Under the pieces are notes generated by a model. It was not told the DNA's origin, ran no database searches, and was given only the letters and a program-made list of their open reading frames with translations. Positions 50,281-64,000 of a stretch of 64,000 bases of DNA are shown here, one piece after another. This DNA is from the human T2T-CHM13v2.0 reference genome, Homo sapiens: assembly GCF_009914755.1 (NCBI RefSeq), contig NC_060941.1; one strand, given 5' to 3'. Within the stretch, counting starts at the first letter, position 1. Every line of letters starts with the position of its first letter. The translations under genes were made by a program, and so were the position numbers.

Positions 50281-53200
50281 TTCAGGCTTGAAGATAAATG
50301 CAGAGAAGCACTATGGCAAGGTAGAATTTTTCTAAGGGTCTCTGTTGAATAATACAAGCTAAGAAAATATGAAAAATTATTCCTATTTCAAGAATGAAGC
50401 CAGGTTAAGTGATAGACCAAAGGACCTCTACCAGGAAAGCTTCTTACTCTTGGCTCTGAGCCAATTTCCTCCTCAGAAGTTGCTGCCTCTCCCTGAGGCC
50501 CCACGCTGCCATGAGTCCTTCTGACTCCCTGTGAGTCACCCCACTGCCATGACTCCTTCGGAGGGGGTGTCTGACCTCTTGCTTCAGGCCTCTTCTGGGC
50601 CTCACAGTAACCCTTGTGAAGCTGAAGATGGGAGCTCTCATCTTCCCTAACCCAGAGCCAACCTTGGCCTCTCTGCGTCATTTGCTGCCAGTGCCCTGTG
50701 TTTGTTTTTGGGAAGAGAGGGATTTTCAGGCATCCCGTCCCTCACCCACCTGACCTAACCGTATGGATTCCTGACACCACAGGCAGAGGACTATTCTTCA
50801 GGTTCCTCTGAAGCCCACCTGTTCAGATGCTTGCTTCTTTTCCTTCTTGCCTGTTCTGACTGTGATGACAGAGACCCCGCCTCAGGAATCTCCACCTCAC
50901 ACTCTATTCTCATAAGTAGGTAGAATTTTCTCATCGCATATTTATGGTTGAGGAGGAGATAGATGCTGAGAAGTTAAATAATCTACCCCAAATCACACAG
51001 CTGTGAGTGATGGGGCCTCTACTTCTGTTGCACCAAGCTACCTGTCCATCAGGGGACTTGCCTCACCATTGCTTTCTGCCAGCCCTGGGCTTGCCTTAAA
51101 AAGGACATCATATGCATAAGACACTGGTTAAAAGGTGCAGCATGGTCCCTGGAGATGCTCACTCTTACAACTGGCCTGTCCTTGGGGCAGCAGCTCCTCA
51201 CAGGCCCCTAAGAGGTAGACCTCCTGCCTGTGGCTGCCAGAACCCTCTTCTCCATCACAGGTCTTCCTCCTCAAGAGCCTTCTCTGGTTTCCTGTTGCTT
51301 TTTATATTAAATATTTCCCTTAGTTTAGCATCCCGAGTCTGCCTTTTGCTGATTGTTCCCTCCCTGTGTCTGCAGACAACTTCGTTTTCAGCCTTGGTGC
51401 TCTGTCTCAGCTGCTTCTACCACACACATAGGATTTAGGCGCATTCAGGACCTGTCCCTTCTTTTCAAGGGCCTTGCCAGTGCCTACTTGTTGTCATTGT
51501 CTTTGCAGTACTACGGATAACCTTCCTAGATAACCCCCCTCCAGGAAACTGTCCCCATAAACCGGGTGCCCTCCGCCATGATTAGTTTGTATTTGCGAGT
51601 GTGTTACTTGGTTGTGTTCCCTGAATATTTATTTGGTTTTCCCAGCTAAGTTGTAACTTATTTGAAGGCACAAACCAAATCTCATAATTCTATTAAGTAC
51701 CTAAAAGGAGTAAATTATTGTTAATGCTCCAATTGGCTAATGTCTATTTCATATTTTACTTACCAGATTTACAAATGCTTAATATTCTGAAATATTTCAC
51801 TCTCATTTACAAAAACATCAGATTCTACTAAGCAGAAAATAAAGTTTAATGCCCCCAGCACATAGCAGTTTTGAGTTGCACTTTTAAACTCACTTCTTAA
51901 TCCATTTCAGGGTTTTCAATTGTTCACAGTTAATTCTTCTTACCAAGGGTGTATTACACTTGCTCAGCATTGAATGATATGGAAAGAATGGCCTTTCTTT
52001 CCTGCATAACTGACTTTACTTTTGTTCATAGGTTGAAATCAGCCCTTCCATTTCACTGCAGTATTATATTAGTGGCATTTTTATTTAGGGAAAAAAAAAA
52101 GCTTTCTTCCACTTGAACTTTTGTTACAAATCAGTTTATTGGGTCCAATCAATGGGCAAGACCTATGAAAGGGTGTGGATTATCTGGTTGGTCCTTTGTG
52201 TGGCAAAAGGCTTAGATGCTGCTTAGTACTCGCTCATTCTTCATCATGTAAAGAAGTGTTTTTTTTGAAGGATCAACACCTGACTGAGCCCTGCCTTTTT
52301 CATGGAAATGTTTTCACCTGAGTTGCTGCTTATGGTACTAAGAATTAGTTAACTAATACTTATTTAACCTTGGAACAATGTTTATCATAATCCGATTGGC
52401 AGATAGTCATTTTACTTAGGCTTTTTCTTTATAGCATCAGGACTAGCAAATCTCAGTAAAGAGTATGCTGGGAGCAATTTCTTTTTTCCCAAATAGGTTA
52501 TCACTCTGTGCTTTTTTTTTGCTTTCCGTCAAGGGGCATGTTTGGGCACTGTGGACATTAAGACTGGTGGCCACACATTAGGAAGGTGGAGGTCCCCTCT
52601 TGGGTTGAGCACCACTTTTGTTTTTAAAGCTGCATCCCCATTTCATGCTGCTGGCAGTGTTTCCCTTCAGACGAATCCCATGCAATGTATCACTTTAATA
52701 TATTCGGAGCTGTTTTTCATGATAAAGCTTCCTTATGAGCACTACCACTAATTAATACACAAAATGGCCCAGCACAATTTAATAATTTGGTAATGTTTTT
52801 CAATGTTTTCTTAAAGATGACGCTTTACAAGTCAAGACCCAAACTTGCCTGGGTCATGACCTCTTTGCAGTTTTTGGAGTCTTGTTAAACAAGAAGGAAA
52901 GCAAAACATAAATTAGCGTCTCCAGTATGGTTGCTCTACATTTCCCAATCTTTCAACACTTTGAAGAGCATAGTCACTGTTAATGTAAGAGAACATCTCA
53001 TGAGGAAACTGGCAGCGATTTTAAAAGTCCGGCTTTCTGGAATGAGTAAGAAGCTTCTTCCTCAGTGCCACTGTTCTAGGGCCAACATTGTCCTTTGTGA
53101 GAGAGGAGCAAGATGAGGAAGTTTGCATTATGGACTATGGAACATTAAAAAGCTAAAAAAGAGAAGTAACAGTTACCTTTAATCATACTGAGGATGTATC

Positions 53201-54216
53201 AGCATGTGTGGCCTTTGGCATCTGTTAGCCTTTAGGGCTATGTTCCCAAGTTTGCCATTAGAATTTAGTGTTAAAAAATACTTTAAATATAACAGCACCA
53301 CTTTTTGTTATAGTAAAAATGTATGTCTTTACTCGATTGTAATTACCTCAACACCCAGCTTTTGTTGTTATTTTGCCCTTGGACTTAGGTATTTCTGTTC
53401 CTCTGGCTTAGAATGTCCTTCCCCTTCATCTTCCTAATCAACCTACTCATTCCTTACGACTCAACTCATGTATCATCTCCTCCAGAAAAAGCTTTCTCTG
53501 CCACGTGTTTCTTCCCTCTACCTGACATCCTTGTGCGTAATACCTCCACCTTTCCATATTGTACTATAATTATCTATTTTGCATCTGTCTTTCTGTGGAA
53601 GGTCTGTTGCATATTCATCTAGGAACTTGGTAAATGTCTGATGATAAGCATTTGATTTTTTCCTAGTTGATTCCTCAAATAATAATAATGATTACCCTTT
53701 AATCTGAATGCTCACAGGTGTACTTCTATCTCATATTCTATGCGCAGTCATCTGTTAAGCTAATGGCTAATTGTACCAGAGGGTCTCAACTTTGTTTCTT
53801 TGATCTGCATTGGTTTATGGTGGTACCTTGCCCATTCTTGGCACAGCAGGTGGATAAAAACAATGAGTAACATTGAGAAAGGCTAATGTGTCTTATTGAC
53901 AGTAGTGGTATAATGTTTACCAAACCCAAATTGAAATTATTTTGGTTTCTTAAAATCTTTTCCCGATAGCCCATTTATTTTAATGTTCTGAATTTCCAAG
54001 ATCTGTGTATAGGTTCAATGATTAGTCTTTACTGAAGACTTATCTATGGACTGAGTGTGTATTATAAATCTAGTGACATAAGTTTAAAACTTATTCCTTT
54101 TTCATTTTCCAAGTAAACTTTTTTAGTAATGTGTTTTTCTTTGTAAAGACAGGCAGTATATGATTTAGGTCTGGATCTGGTTTCCAGTCTTGGCTCCATC
54201 ATGTATTGGTTATTTG

Positions 54217-54256
54217 GCCTTGAACACAAATGACTTGCCTTGAACACAAATGACTT
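54217..54256. repeat. 20-bp perfect tandem duplication inside a MIR
   Basis: GCCTTGAACACAAATGACTT x2. Confidence 0.9.
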
Positions 54257-54756
54257 ATATCTGTGAGATTCAATAGCTTCATCAGTAAAATGGGGATAGT
54301 AGTAGTACTGAATTTTCATGATTATAATGAAAATTAATTGAGAGACTGATCTGGAGAGGTGCCATACTACAAAGAGGATTAAGTGGAGGTGTCCCTATTA
54401 AATGGCGAGATACCCAGAAACATTACCCTGTTGACTCCAGTATGCTGGCAACGAGGCTTTATAGTCTTTGGGAAGGAGACTGGAAGATTCTTCTCTGGGA
54501 AAAATGTACACATACTGACCTTTGAAGGACCCCCAGTAATCAGCCAGGTCTTACCTGATCATCCTATAGTGAAGCCCCCCGACACAGTATTTCCATTCAT
54601 AGTTTAGCTCTTAAATGTGAATTAGCTATCCAGCAATCACCAGACACTTGAGGAAAGCCTCCAGAAAACAAATTGGAAAAAGGGGCAAGTCATAGGAAAC
54701 AGACAAAACAAGGAACAGAAGAAAACATCATTTTTGCAATCTATAATATTCACAAG

Positions 54757-55041
54757 TTTGTTTTTTGAGACAGAGTCTCACTTTGTCACCCAGGCAGGAG
54801 TGCAGTGGTGCCATCTCGGCTCACTCCAGCCTCAAACTCCTTGGCTCAAGCGATCTGCTCACCTCAGGCTCCCAGGTACCTGGGACGACAGGCATTTGCC
54901 ACCACACCCGGCTAATTTTGGTATTTTTGTTGAGATGAGGTTTCGCCATGTTACCTAGACAAGTCTCAAACTCCTGGGCTCAAGTGATCTGTCCATCTCA
55001 GCCTCCCAAAGTGCTGGGATTACAGGTGTGAGCCACCGGCC
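54757..55041 (-). mobile_element. AluJ
   Basis: Diverged reverse Alu dimer. Confidence 0.9.
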
Positions 55042-55044
55042 TCA

Positions 55045-56660
55045 GAGATCTAAAACAAGATATTGTATTTTAATTGCACAGGATGCAATTAAAAAAGAAA
55101 ACATTCAGAAAACAAGAAGAGCTCTTAGAACTGAAAAATAAGTTAGTGTAAAGGTTGGAAGATAAAATTGATACTAACCTGAAAAGTATTAGAAAGAGAA
55201 AGAAATAAAAACTAAGAGTAAATAAGAAAATTAGAAGATTAGTCCTAGAGAATCAGTATCCAACTAAGAGGTTCCCAGTGGGTGATACAGAGAAAATGAA
55301 TGGGAGGAAATCTCAAGGAAATGTATTTCCTAGAACTGAATGATTGGAATTTCCAGTTTAGAAAGAAGGAATCTAGTGCCAGCAAAATGAGTATAGAAAG
55401 AACCATCTTAGGATATGTAGTTTTCAAATTGCAGAACATAGGAATGAAGAAAAGATTCTGAAAGTTTTGTATTAAAAAGGTTAGAAACAAAAGATCAAAG
55501 ATCAGATAGCATTTGTCTTTTAGCCTTCAGTGCCTTCAAAATTGTGAGAAAAAAATTATTTCTAACCTTTTTATTTATTTATTTATTTTTTTGAGATGGA
55601 GTTTCGCTCTTGTTGCCCAGGCTGGAGTGCAATGGCGTGATCTTGGCTCGGCTCACTGCAACTTCTGACTCTTGGGTTCAAGCATTCTCCTACCTCAACC
55701 TCCCAAGTAGCTGGGATTACAGGCACGTGTCACCATGCCCAGCTAATTTTGTATTTTTAGTAGAGATGGGGTTTCGCCATGTTGGTCAGGCTGGTCTCAA
55801 ACTCCTGAACCTCAGGTGATCCACCTGCCTCGGCCTCCCACAGCACTGGAATTATAGGCATGAGCCACCACACCTGGCCTCTAACCTTATTTTTTACAAC
55901 TAGCCAAACTATTAAGACAAAGGATACAATAGTAAGGCTAGAATAAAGGTATTTCCAGACATGCAAGGTCTTTAAAATTTTACCTCCCTCACTCTTTCTG
56001 AGGAAGCTTTTGGGTACATGCAGCATAGACAGGGGAATAGATGAGGAAAAGGAAGGCTGGGATACAGGGAATCTAACAGAAGAGAGAGGAAAGCTCCAGA
56101 ACTACAGCTGTGCCCCAGGCCTAGAGAGTCACCGCTTCAGATTGAACTGTGAACACACAGGACTCCTGGAGGGGAATTTCTTCAAGAACACAACTTTAAA
56201 CTATGTAATGTGTTTGAACATACTGAAAGGAGACTTGTGATTGTTTTAGAGACAAACTTGTGATAAGTACCTGGTAAACTAAGCAAAGGGGAAAAAGGCA
56301 ATTAACTCCAGTAAAACAAAATGTTGTCCAAGAAAGGAAATTGAATAGTACTCTGCATGGCCTAGCTGTAAACCACATTTGTATAAACATAATAAATACT
56401 GAATATAGATTTAACTAAAGACTGTGAAATAACTGTATCGGAAGGATGTAAAAAGGGGCATGTGGTGGGGGAAGGGGGGTAGTGCAAAATTAATAATAAA
56501 TCCCCATCTTCCATGGTAGGAAGTTAGTAAATCATATTTAAAGCTGAAAACAAAAATCTAAAACCAGTAATGTAACATTATTATTTGAAGATAAGGAAGT
56601 AAATATAAGAAGAAAAGCCAAGAGAATTGAAAATGGTTGCCTTTGAAGAAAGGGAACTGA
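55045..56660 (+). mobile_element. Old L1/HAL1 ORF1-region fragments
   Basis: A-rich ORF1-like sequence (aaggttggaagataaaattga..tttcctagaactgaa); boundaries approximate. Confidence 0.55.
55570..55879 (-). mobile_element. AluSq/Sp-like
   Basis: TSD TCTAACCTT. Confidence 0.93.
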
Positions 56661-57198
56661 GAATGGTAGCATAAGCCTGGCATAGTTTTTAAACTTTTTT
56701 TAAAAAAATATTTTGGGGTTAAAAGTAAAAATGAAAAATATTAAATGTGACAATTATGGAAAGCACTTTAGCCCATGCCTTTTACAGTTCAGTGTTGCAT
56801 AAATATAAACTCTTATTACCCTGCTCCTTCTAAAAAGTGTACTAAAGCCTTGTAAAGCCAGCGCCACATACTTTCTATTCATTTCATCTTTTTTCCCCAA
56901 TTCCCACCATACATGTGCCATGTTGGCTCTGAGGAAGGAATTACATACATACACGTCAGTATCTTTCCATTTGTTTGTGTATCTTCTTGATTTACTAATC
57001 CATTGTTTTATTGATGTGAATGAGAAGGAGCTGTTCACATGTTGCCACTTTCTGAATCATGTGGTTGGTACCTTTTTTCAGGATTTTCAGGAAAATCCTG
57101 AATTGTTTTCTTCTGTTTTGCCTAATCATTTGCATCGGCAAGATTAAATAAAAGTCTTTTGCAAATTGTGTTCAAGCTTACTGTAGTTTCCTAATTAG

Positions 57199-57408
<210 letters not shown>

Positions 57409-57501
57409 TAAGAAAGGAATTGAGGCTGAAATAAGTAGTACCACATTATACCTGGTGTTTGGTTTTTATGCTAATCTGGAACATGGGACCCGGGGATATT
57501 A

Positions 57502-58031
<530 letters not shown>

Positions 58032-58970
58032 TACCTCCAGTTGTTTTCAGGAATTAGAGAAGAAAGATGAATATACATGACAGTGAGTTAATTTCCCATT
58101 CCTCAATGTAGGCAGCTACAAACTGCCAGGAATTAATTGCTCTGTATCCAGCATGAGTGATGTATATAGATTACTTGGACCAGAAACTTGAATGGGTGGT
58201 GGTGTGGGGGTAAGGTAATCACTGTATAGAAAAATTAACCATTCATAGTGGCTTTTAGCACATTTCCTTGCATTTAATAAGTTGGAACAATGATTAAAGC
58301 CTTAGAAATGTCAAAAAAAAAAAAGCTACAGAAGTAAAAGGAACTTTATTAACAAGTTTAGAAATAGAAATGTTTTCTTAATTTTTTGAAAATGACAGTC
58401 ATTTTTAAAAAAGAACGTTCTTCATTTAACTTTTAATATCAATATTCACAAGTAACTTGGTGAGCTCTATTGGAAAATATTATCTACTGAGTTGTTCAGC
58501 AGTGGTGGAGTCAGTAAAGCTTCTTAAAGTCCTCAAGGCCCCCAACAAAATTGAAATTTATCTATATGATAAATGTTTTCAGGTTACCCATGTAGACAGC
58601 TTTTGTGCAGAAGCTGGGTAAGAGAATTAAAGGAGTTTGCTTTGACACATACAGATTGTTCCTAGAAAAGAATGTTAAAAATTTTAACTTATATTTATTA
58701 TGGATTGGAGCTATTTTTTTCCCCAGAAAATATAAGTTACATAGCGGTCCATAAGAAAACAGGGTTTAAGATACCAGTTTTCACTTTCATGATTGCACCT
58801 AATGGGTTTAGGATGGTGAAGGTCAGACTGGATTTTAAAGTAGGAGAGAATTCTATCAACTTGAACAGTTAGGTAGTTCTTATCACTCTTCTTTTAAAGG
58901 TAAATAGAATTAACCAATGTTGATGTGTTCACTGTAAAAGTGCTTTGATTATTGTTTATTGTTTTTGTAG

Positions 58971-59171
<201 letters not shown>

Positions 59172-59919
59172 TAATTAATTTAAGTTTTGATTTTCTTATA
59201 TTATTTCCAAACTTAATTTGGTATTAGTAGCCTGCTTCTGAGATTGATCACTTAACAATACTTTTTAACTTCTTAAAATTCAAAAATGGAAGGAAAGATT
59301 ATAAAGTTAGTTTTCATTTAGGGAGCCACTAGGTCTTAGAACTAGAAAAGACTTCAAAGAGCAGTCGTTCTTCTGCCCCCTCATTTTGGAGATGAGGATA
59401 CTATGTGAGCCACAGGCTGTCAGTGAATTATCCAAGATCACATCACCAGGTTATTGATGGAGAAGGGATGGTGTTGCACCTCAAGTCAGTAAGCGACTGC
59501 ACATATACCAAACGGTGTCTGGGAGACTGCTTTAAGGGACAAGTTAATTAAGTTGTGCAGTCTAGACTTGGGATCTGTATATTTGTCCCTGGCTGGGCTC
59601 CTAGAAATTTCATGCAAACTACTGTAGGGTTGAAGCATCCAGAATCACATAGAAAACTGAGCCCCAGGGTGCTGCCTGGGCAAAGACAGATGAAACTTCT
59701 TTGGGACTTTCTCATATCTCCTGGCAACTTACCTTTCTTCATTTTAGAACTCCACCCTTCCATGTGCCCATGCTGTGTCTTCTTGTCCTTATCTGACATA
59801 CTAGGTAGCTGATAAATACCTCCCTATCAAGCCCTATGAGTTCAGAGACCTTGGCTCTTACTATTGAGTCCACAGCCCCTGGAACAGAGCCAACACATAT
59901 GAAGGTGCTCAGTAAACTT

Positions 59920-60223
59920 TTATTATTATTATTATTATTTTGAGACAGGGTCTCGCTCTGTCTCCCAGGCCGGAATGCAGTGCCATGATCATGGCTTACT
60001 GCAGTTTTGACCTCGCAGGCTCAGGCGTTCCTCCCGTCTCAGCCTCCCAAGTAGCTGGGACTACCAGCGTGTGCTACCACACTCAACTAATTTTTGTATT
60101 TTTTGTAGAAACATGGTTTCACTATGTTGCCCAGGCTGGTCTTGAACTCCCGAGCTCAAGTAATCCGTCTGCCTCAGCCTCCCAGAGTGCTGGGATTACA
60201 GGCATGCACCACTATGCCTGGCC
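59920..60223 (-). mobile_element. AluJ
   Basis: (TTA)n tail, diverged dimer. Confidence 0.92.
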
Positions 60224-60232
60224 CTCGGTAAC

Positions 60233-60536
60233 TTTTTTTCTTTTTTTTTCTTTTGAGACGGAGTCTCGCTCTGTTGCCCAGGCTTGAGTAGTGGCATGAT
60301 CTCGGCTCACTGCAGCTTCCACCTCCCGGGTTCAAGGGATTCTCCTGCCTCGGCCTCCTGAGTAGCTGGGATTACAGGCGCCCACCCACCATGCCTGGCT
60401 AATTTTTTGTATTTTTAGTAGAGATGGGGTTTCACCATGTTGGCCAAGCCGGTCTCGATCTACTGACCTCAGGTGATCTGCCCGCCTCGGCCTCCCAAAA
60501 TGTTGGGATTACAGGTGTGAGCCACTGCGCCCGGCC
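60233..60536 (-). mobile_element. AluS
   Basis: Full reverse dimer adjacent to the AluJ. Confidence 0.93.
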
Positions 60537-60588
60537 AGTAAACTTCTGTTGGATGAATAACTGTAAATTCATTTTACAGTTAGGTAAA

Positions 60589-60687
60589 TGGACAGAGTGG
60601 CTGTATTCTAGGCATCATGTGTTACTAGGTGTTACTAGGTCCATCTAGGTGGACAGAGTGGCTGTATTCTAGGCATCATGTGTTACT
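60589..60687. repeat. 38-bp perfect direct repeat with a 23-bp spacer
   Basis: TGGACAGAGTGGCTGTATTCTAGGCATCATGTGTTACT at 60589-60626 and 60650-60687. Confidence 0.92.
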
Positions 60688-62782
60688 TACTGATGGTCCT
60701 GCATTCTGCTAGTGTGGGCAGTGAGCGGCAGAGGTGAAGTTTCTGTTTCACAGTTACATCTGAAATAGGCTCTTGGACCAATAACAAATTGGAAACGTGA
60801 AGTGAATGCTTTTTAATCTTTTCTGGTAAATTTATCTGAAAATAAAATTTTTTTGACTTTCAGAAATCTAATTTAATCTACTGAGCTTTCAGATGGACTA
60901 TTTTTAAGTCAATTAATTTATTTTCCATTATGAGCCATAAATTAAAGTCACAGACTAACCACTTTGTTTAGACTTATTCTTGGTAAAAGTGCAAATACAG
61001 GTGTATTGGCTCTTTCCTTGAAAAAAAGATAAATCTGTCAGATTGTCAGCTTCTTTTTTTTTAAGTTTCAGTATAATTTTTTTTCAATAATTGCATAGAA
61101 GAAACTATGTGGATTTTTTCCCCAACCCTCATCCCTTTCCCTTCCTTTGATGCCTGCAGGTCAGTGATCAAGTTAATGCTTCTTATGCATGTGGGATAGA
61201 GAGTGAGAGTGGGGCACTCAGGCCTGATCTTCAGCGACTGACATTTCATAGGCCTCTGAGTTTGAACCCCTTCATGTCAAATGGATTTCGTGCAGCTGAG
61301 TGAATTCTCTTTAGATCTGCCTTAGAGAGGCTGAACCTAAGTGAAGAGGCATGTAGTTTTGCAGAATATAAGTCGTGGTACCTCTCTGTTCACTACATGC
61401 TATTCTGTTAAAACTTGCACAGAGCTGAGGATCTGCTCTGACTGGATGTCACCTGAGGGAATAAAGTCATTTATCTAGATTACTTTTTTCCTCCCTTTCT
61501 CCTGACTTTTAATTCCATAGCTACAGGCAAGTCAGTAAGTTGTTGCTCACACATATTAAATATATTTAATGGGCAAAGAACTGCAAGTACCAACTACAAC
61601 TGCGCTCCAGCCAGTTCTTTTTTTTTTTTTTTTTTTTAAGAACTTGACAATTGATTCATATGTAATTCTATTCCCAAAAAGGAAAAATGTTTCTTTTGTT
61701 AGCTATTCACACTTTTTCTTAGTCCTTTGTAGTCTGACCTCTTACCTTTGATACATTTGAAACTTCTGTTCAGTGTTTTTCTGGGATAGAAGAAATCTTA
61801 AAAAAAAAAGAAAGAAAAGAAAAAAAAATCCGTGGTTGGAGTGGGAGTCCAATTGCACATCTCCCCACAGCTGCACTGAGCATTTGAAAGTTATTCCTGG
61901 AGGGCAGGGAGTTCCCTCTTGGGAAACAGACTCCTGCTCTGAAACATATTTTAAAAGTTAGGTGTGTTTCTTACAATAAAAATTCATCTTCAGGAACTAA
62001 AGATGTTTTTAACGATTGTTTTCTAGATAACTTCATATCTCCTGTGGGCCTACGAGAATAAAGTACATTTAACGAGTTAGTATAAATATGAATAGAAAAT
62101 GAAAACCAGTCGAGATAGCTAATAATAACGACCTGAACGAAGCACCTGAAACAAAGTTGCGCCATCTTTTCTTAGACTCATGACACATTCGCAGTCACAG
62201 GAGACCCAGATTCATCTGGAGATGATTTCAGGAATCAGCAGTACTCTTCATTTTTTTAGTTTTAGCACAACTTTGTTACTACAAAGAAGAAACTATATGA
62301 CGGATACTGAGGCTAAGAAAAGCTACATGGTTGGTTATGTAGAGTTAATAAGCTATTTTTTAGTTGTTGAATTAACCTCAACTTGGTATCTTCTACTTTG
62401 CTGTGACTTTAGTAGCCTTTTACACCTTCAACAGGTGAATTGGTTGTCATTTGAACTCTGATGAATGGCCCTGTCCAGTCTCACAGCGATGCCTCACAGG
62501 CATCAGCACAGGGCACGCCTGGCCCAAGTGCCTATGATGGCCAGCGGGCTTGGGTCTTTTGGAACCCAGTGTACATAGTTCTGGAAAACCCCATTCACTT
62601 CCTCCAAATGATGTGATCTGCTTTGTTTTGTGTGAGAATGCTGGTCAAGGAGCAGGTAACACATTCAGTGACCTAGCAGAGCATTGATGAAGTGTGAAAC
62701 CGAACACTGCCTTCTCATGAAGCAAGTGCAGAGTTGTTAGAAGGTACCATTAACCCATCTTCATTTCTTCTGATGTATTTAG

Positions 62783-62838
62783 ATGGATCCTGAATACCGT
62801 GTGAGAAAATTCTTGGCCCTCTTAAGAGAAGAAGGAGC
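62783..62838 (+). CDS. NSF: NSF exon 20
   Basis: atttag|ATG GAT CCT..GGA GC|gtaagt; MDPEYRVRKFLALLREEG. Confidence 0.97.
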
Positions 62839-63270
62839 GTAAGTACATACAACATTTAATGACCATCAACCAAACTTACCACCCTGTTAAATCCCTGTGC
62901 CTATTCTAAGAGTTGCTTTCCTAGATAAGTTTGTTTCCATTTATTTGAATTCTTCGCTGTGTTGTAGGTCCGAGAGACCAAGCAAGGAAGTTGGTTGTAC
63001 TGTTGGTTTGCTCTCCCTGTCCTGCTTCGCAAAACTTCCTTGTCACAATGCAGGAAAAACTTAATGGTACATATTTATTGGAACCTGCTTTTACATGCAT
63101 GGAGCTGTGACCATTTTCTTTTGTGAAGTGCTCATCTAATAGCAAATGCATAGTGGGAAATGTAGGATAACCATTAAGAAGCTTTTAGTGATTTTTTTTT
63201 TTTTTTTTTTGATGAATAGTTTTTTACGGACCCTCATCTGTTTTTTTGTGTTTTGGTATTTCTTTTGCAG

Positions 63271-63292
63271 TAGCCCCCTTGATTTTGATTGA
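63271..63292 (+). CDS. NSF: NSF last exon (21), coding part with stop
   Basis: ttgcag|T AGC CCC CTT GAT TTT GAT TGA gives the ..ASPLDFD* C-terminus; exon lengths sum to 1290 nt = 429 aa + stop, consistent with a 744-aa protein. Confidence 0.97.
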
Positions 63293-64000
63293 AAATGAAC
63301 TATTTGAAACACACAGTGACCAAGGGAAGTGACCAAGGTGAAGATGGCCTAGGATCTTCACTGTCTTACTCAAGATACTGGACTAAGTGGAACGTTCTCT
63401 ACCTTCAACATGTGCTCGCTCTGCATGATTAGTGCAATAAAACTCCCTTCCTTATGCATACTGAGATAGCTTAGTGTCTCGTGGAAGGTGTCAATTTGGT
63501 TTAGAATGCTGCGCTTACCTTCCCATGCAGGCTAAAGTGATTCCTTCTTGCTCAGTCCCTCTGGGTGGGAACCATCCAGTACTTGTGGACACTACACGTT
63601 TCAACCTCTCTACTAGCACCATCACCCTTGAAAACTCTCAGTCAGTGTCATGAATGTTGCATGACAACAGTTGGCCGATTAGAAGGCAGACTTTCTACAT
63701 GCAAATCTGGCTTAGTAAATCGAGGTGTGGGCCAGAGATCCTCTGACAGCTGTCCTGAGCTAACACTAAAAGTCACTGGGTATTTGGTTAAAGGTCTCCC
63801 ACAAGACTGGTATTCTCTTTGCCTGAAGAAACAAGGCATTGAATCTCTAAAATGCTGTTCTCAATCATTGTCAGAGATGTTTTCAAGTTGCAGTCAGAAG
63901 ATCTTTCTTAATAGAAAGTCAGATGACTACCGTGTTGGTTGTGACTTCCCCTTAAGTATAACTAATTTGCTCTGTGGTAAGAGATATGCTCATTATTACC
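63293..64000 (+). other. NSF: NSF 3'UTR (probably continues beyond the window)
   Basis: Repeat-free sequence directly after the stop codon. Confidence 0.9.
63436..63441 (+). terminator. Candidate proximal polyadenylation signal AATAAA
   Basis: AATAAA about 145 nt after the stop, with GU-rich sequence about 30-60 nt downstream. Confidence 0.5.

Overview
Human (or closely related hominid) genomic DNA carrying the 3' half of NSF (N-ethylmaleimide-sensitive factor, the AAA+ SNARE-disassembly ATPase; human 17q21.31) on the + strand. Twelve coding exons (exons 10-21 if the gene has 21 exons) splice with GT-AG boundaries into one 1290-nt frame, residues L316 to D744 plus TGA, followed by the start of the 3'UTR. 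The introns hold about 25 Alus, old L1/L2/MIR fragments, DNA-transposon MITEs and two processed pseudogenes in intron 15: a sense VAMP5 retrocopy and an antisense, young, frameshifted RPS7 retrocopy. Nearly all other ORF-track entries are Alu/L1 or random translations. I find no convincing new multi-gene system. The most interesting observations are: (i) the VAMP5 retrocopy, which seems to preserve an ancestral, rodent-like VAMP5 sequence; (ii) the RPS7 retrocopy carrying its parental TCTCGCGAGA promoter palindrome and TCT/TOP start; (iii) a NAGNAG acceptor at the last exon that would toggle Ser739; (iv) a miR-25/32/92 8mer overlapping a proximal AATAAA; (v) local template-switch and duplication scars in introns 17 and 19. 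Reference protein sequences, residue numbers and repeat subfamily names are from memory and were not database-checked.
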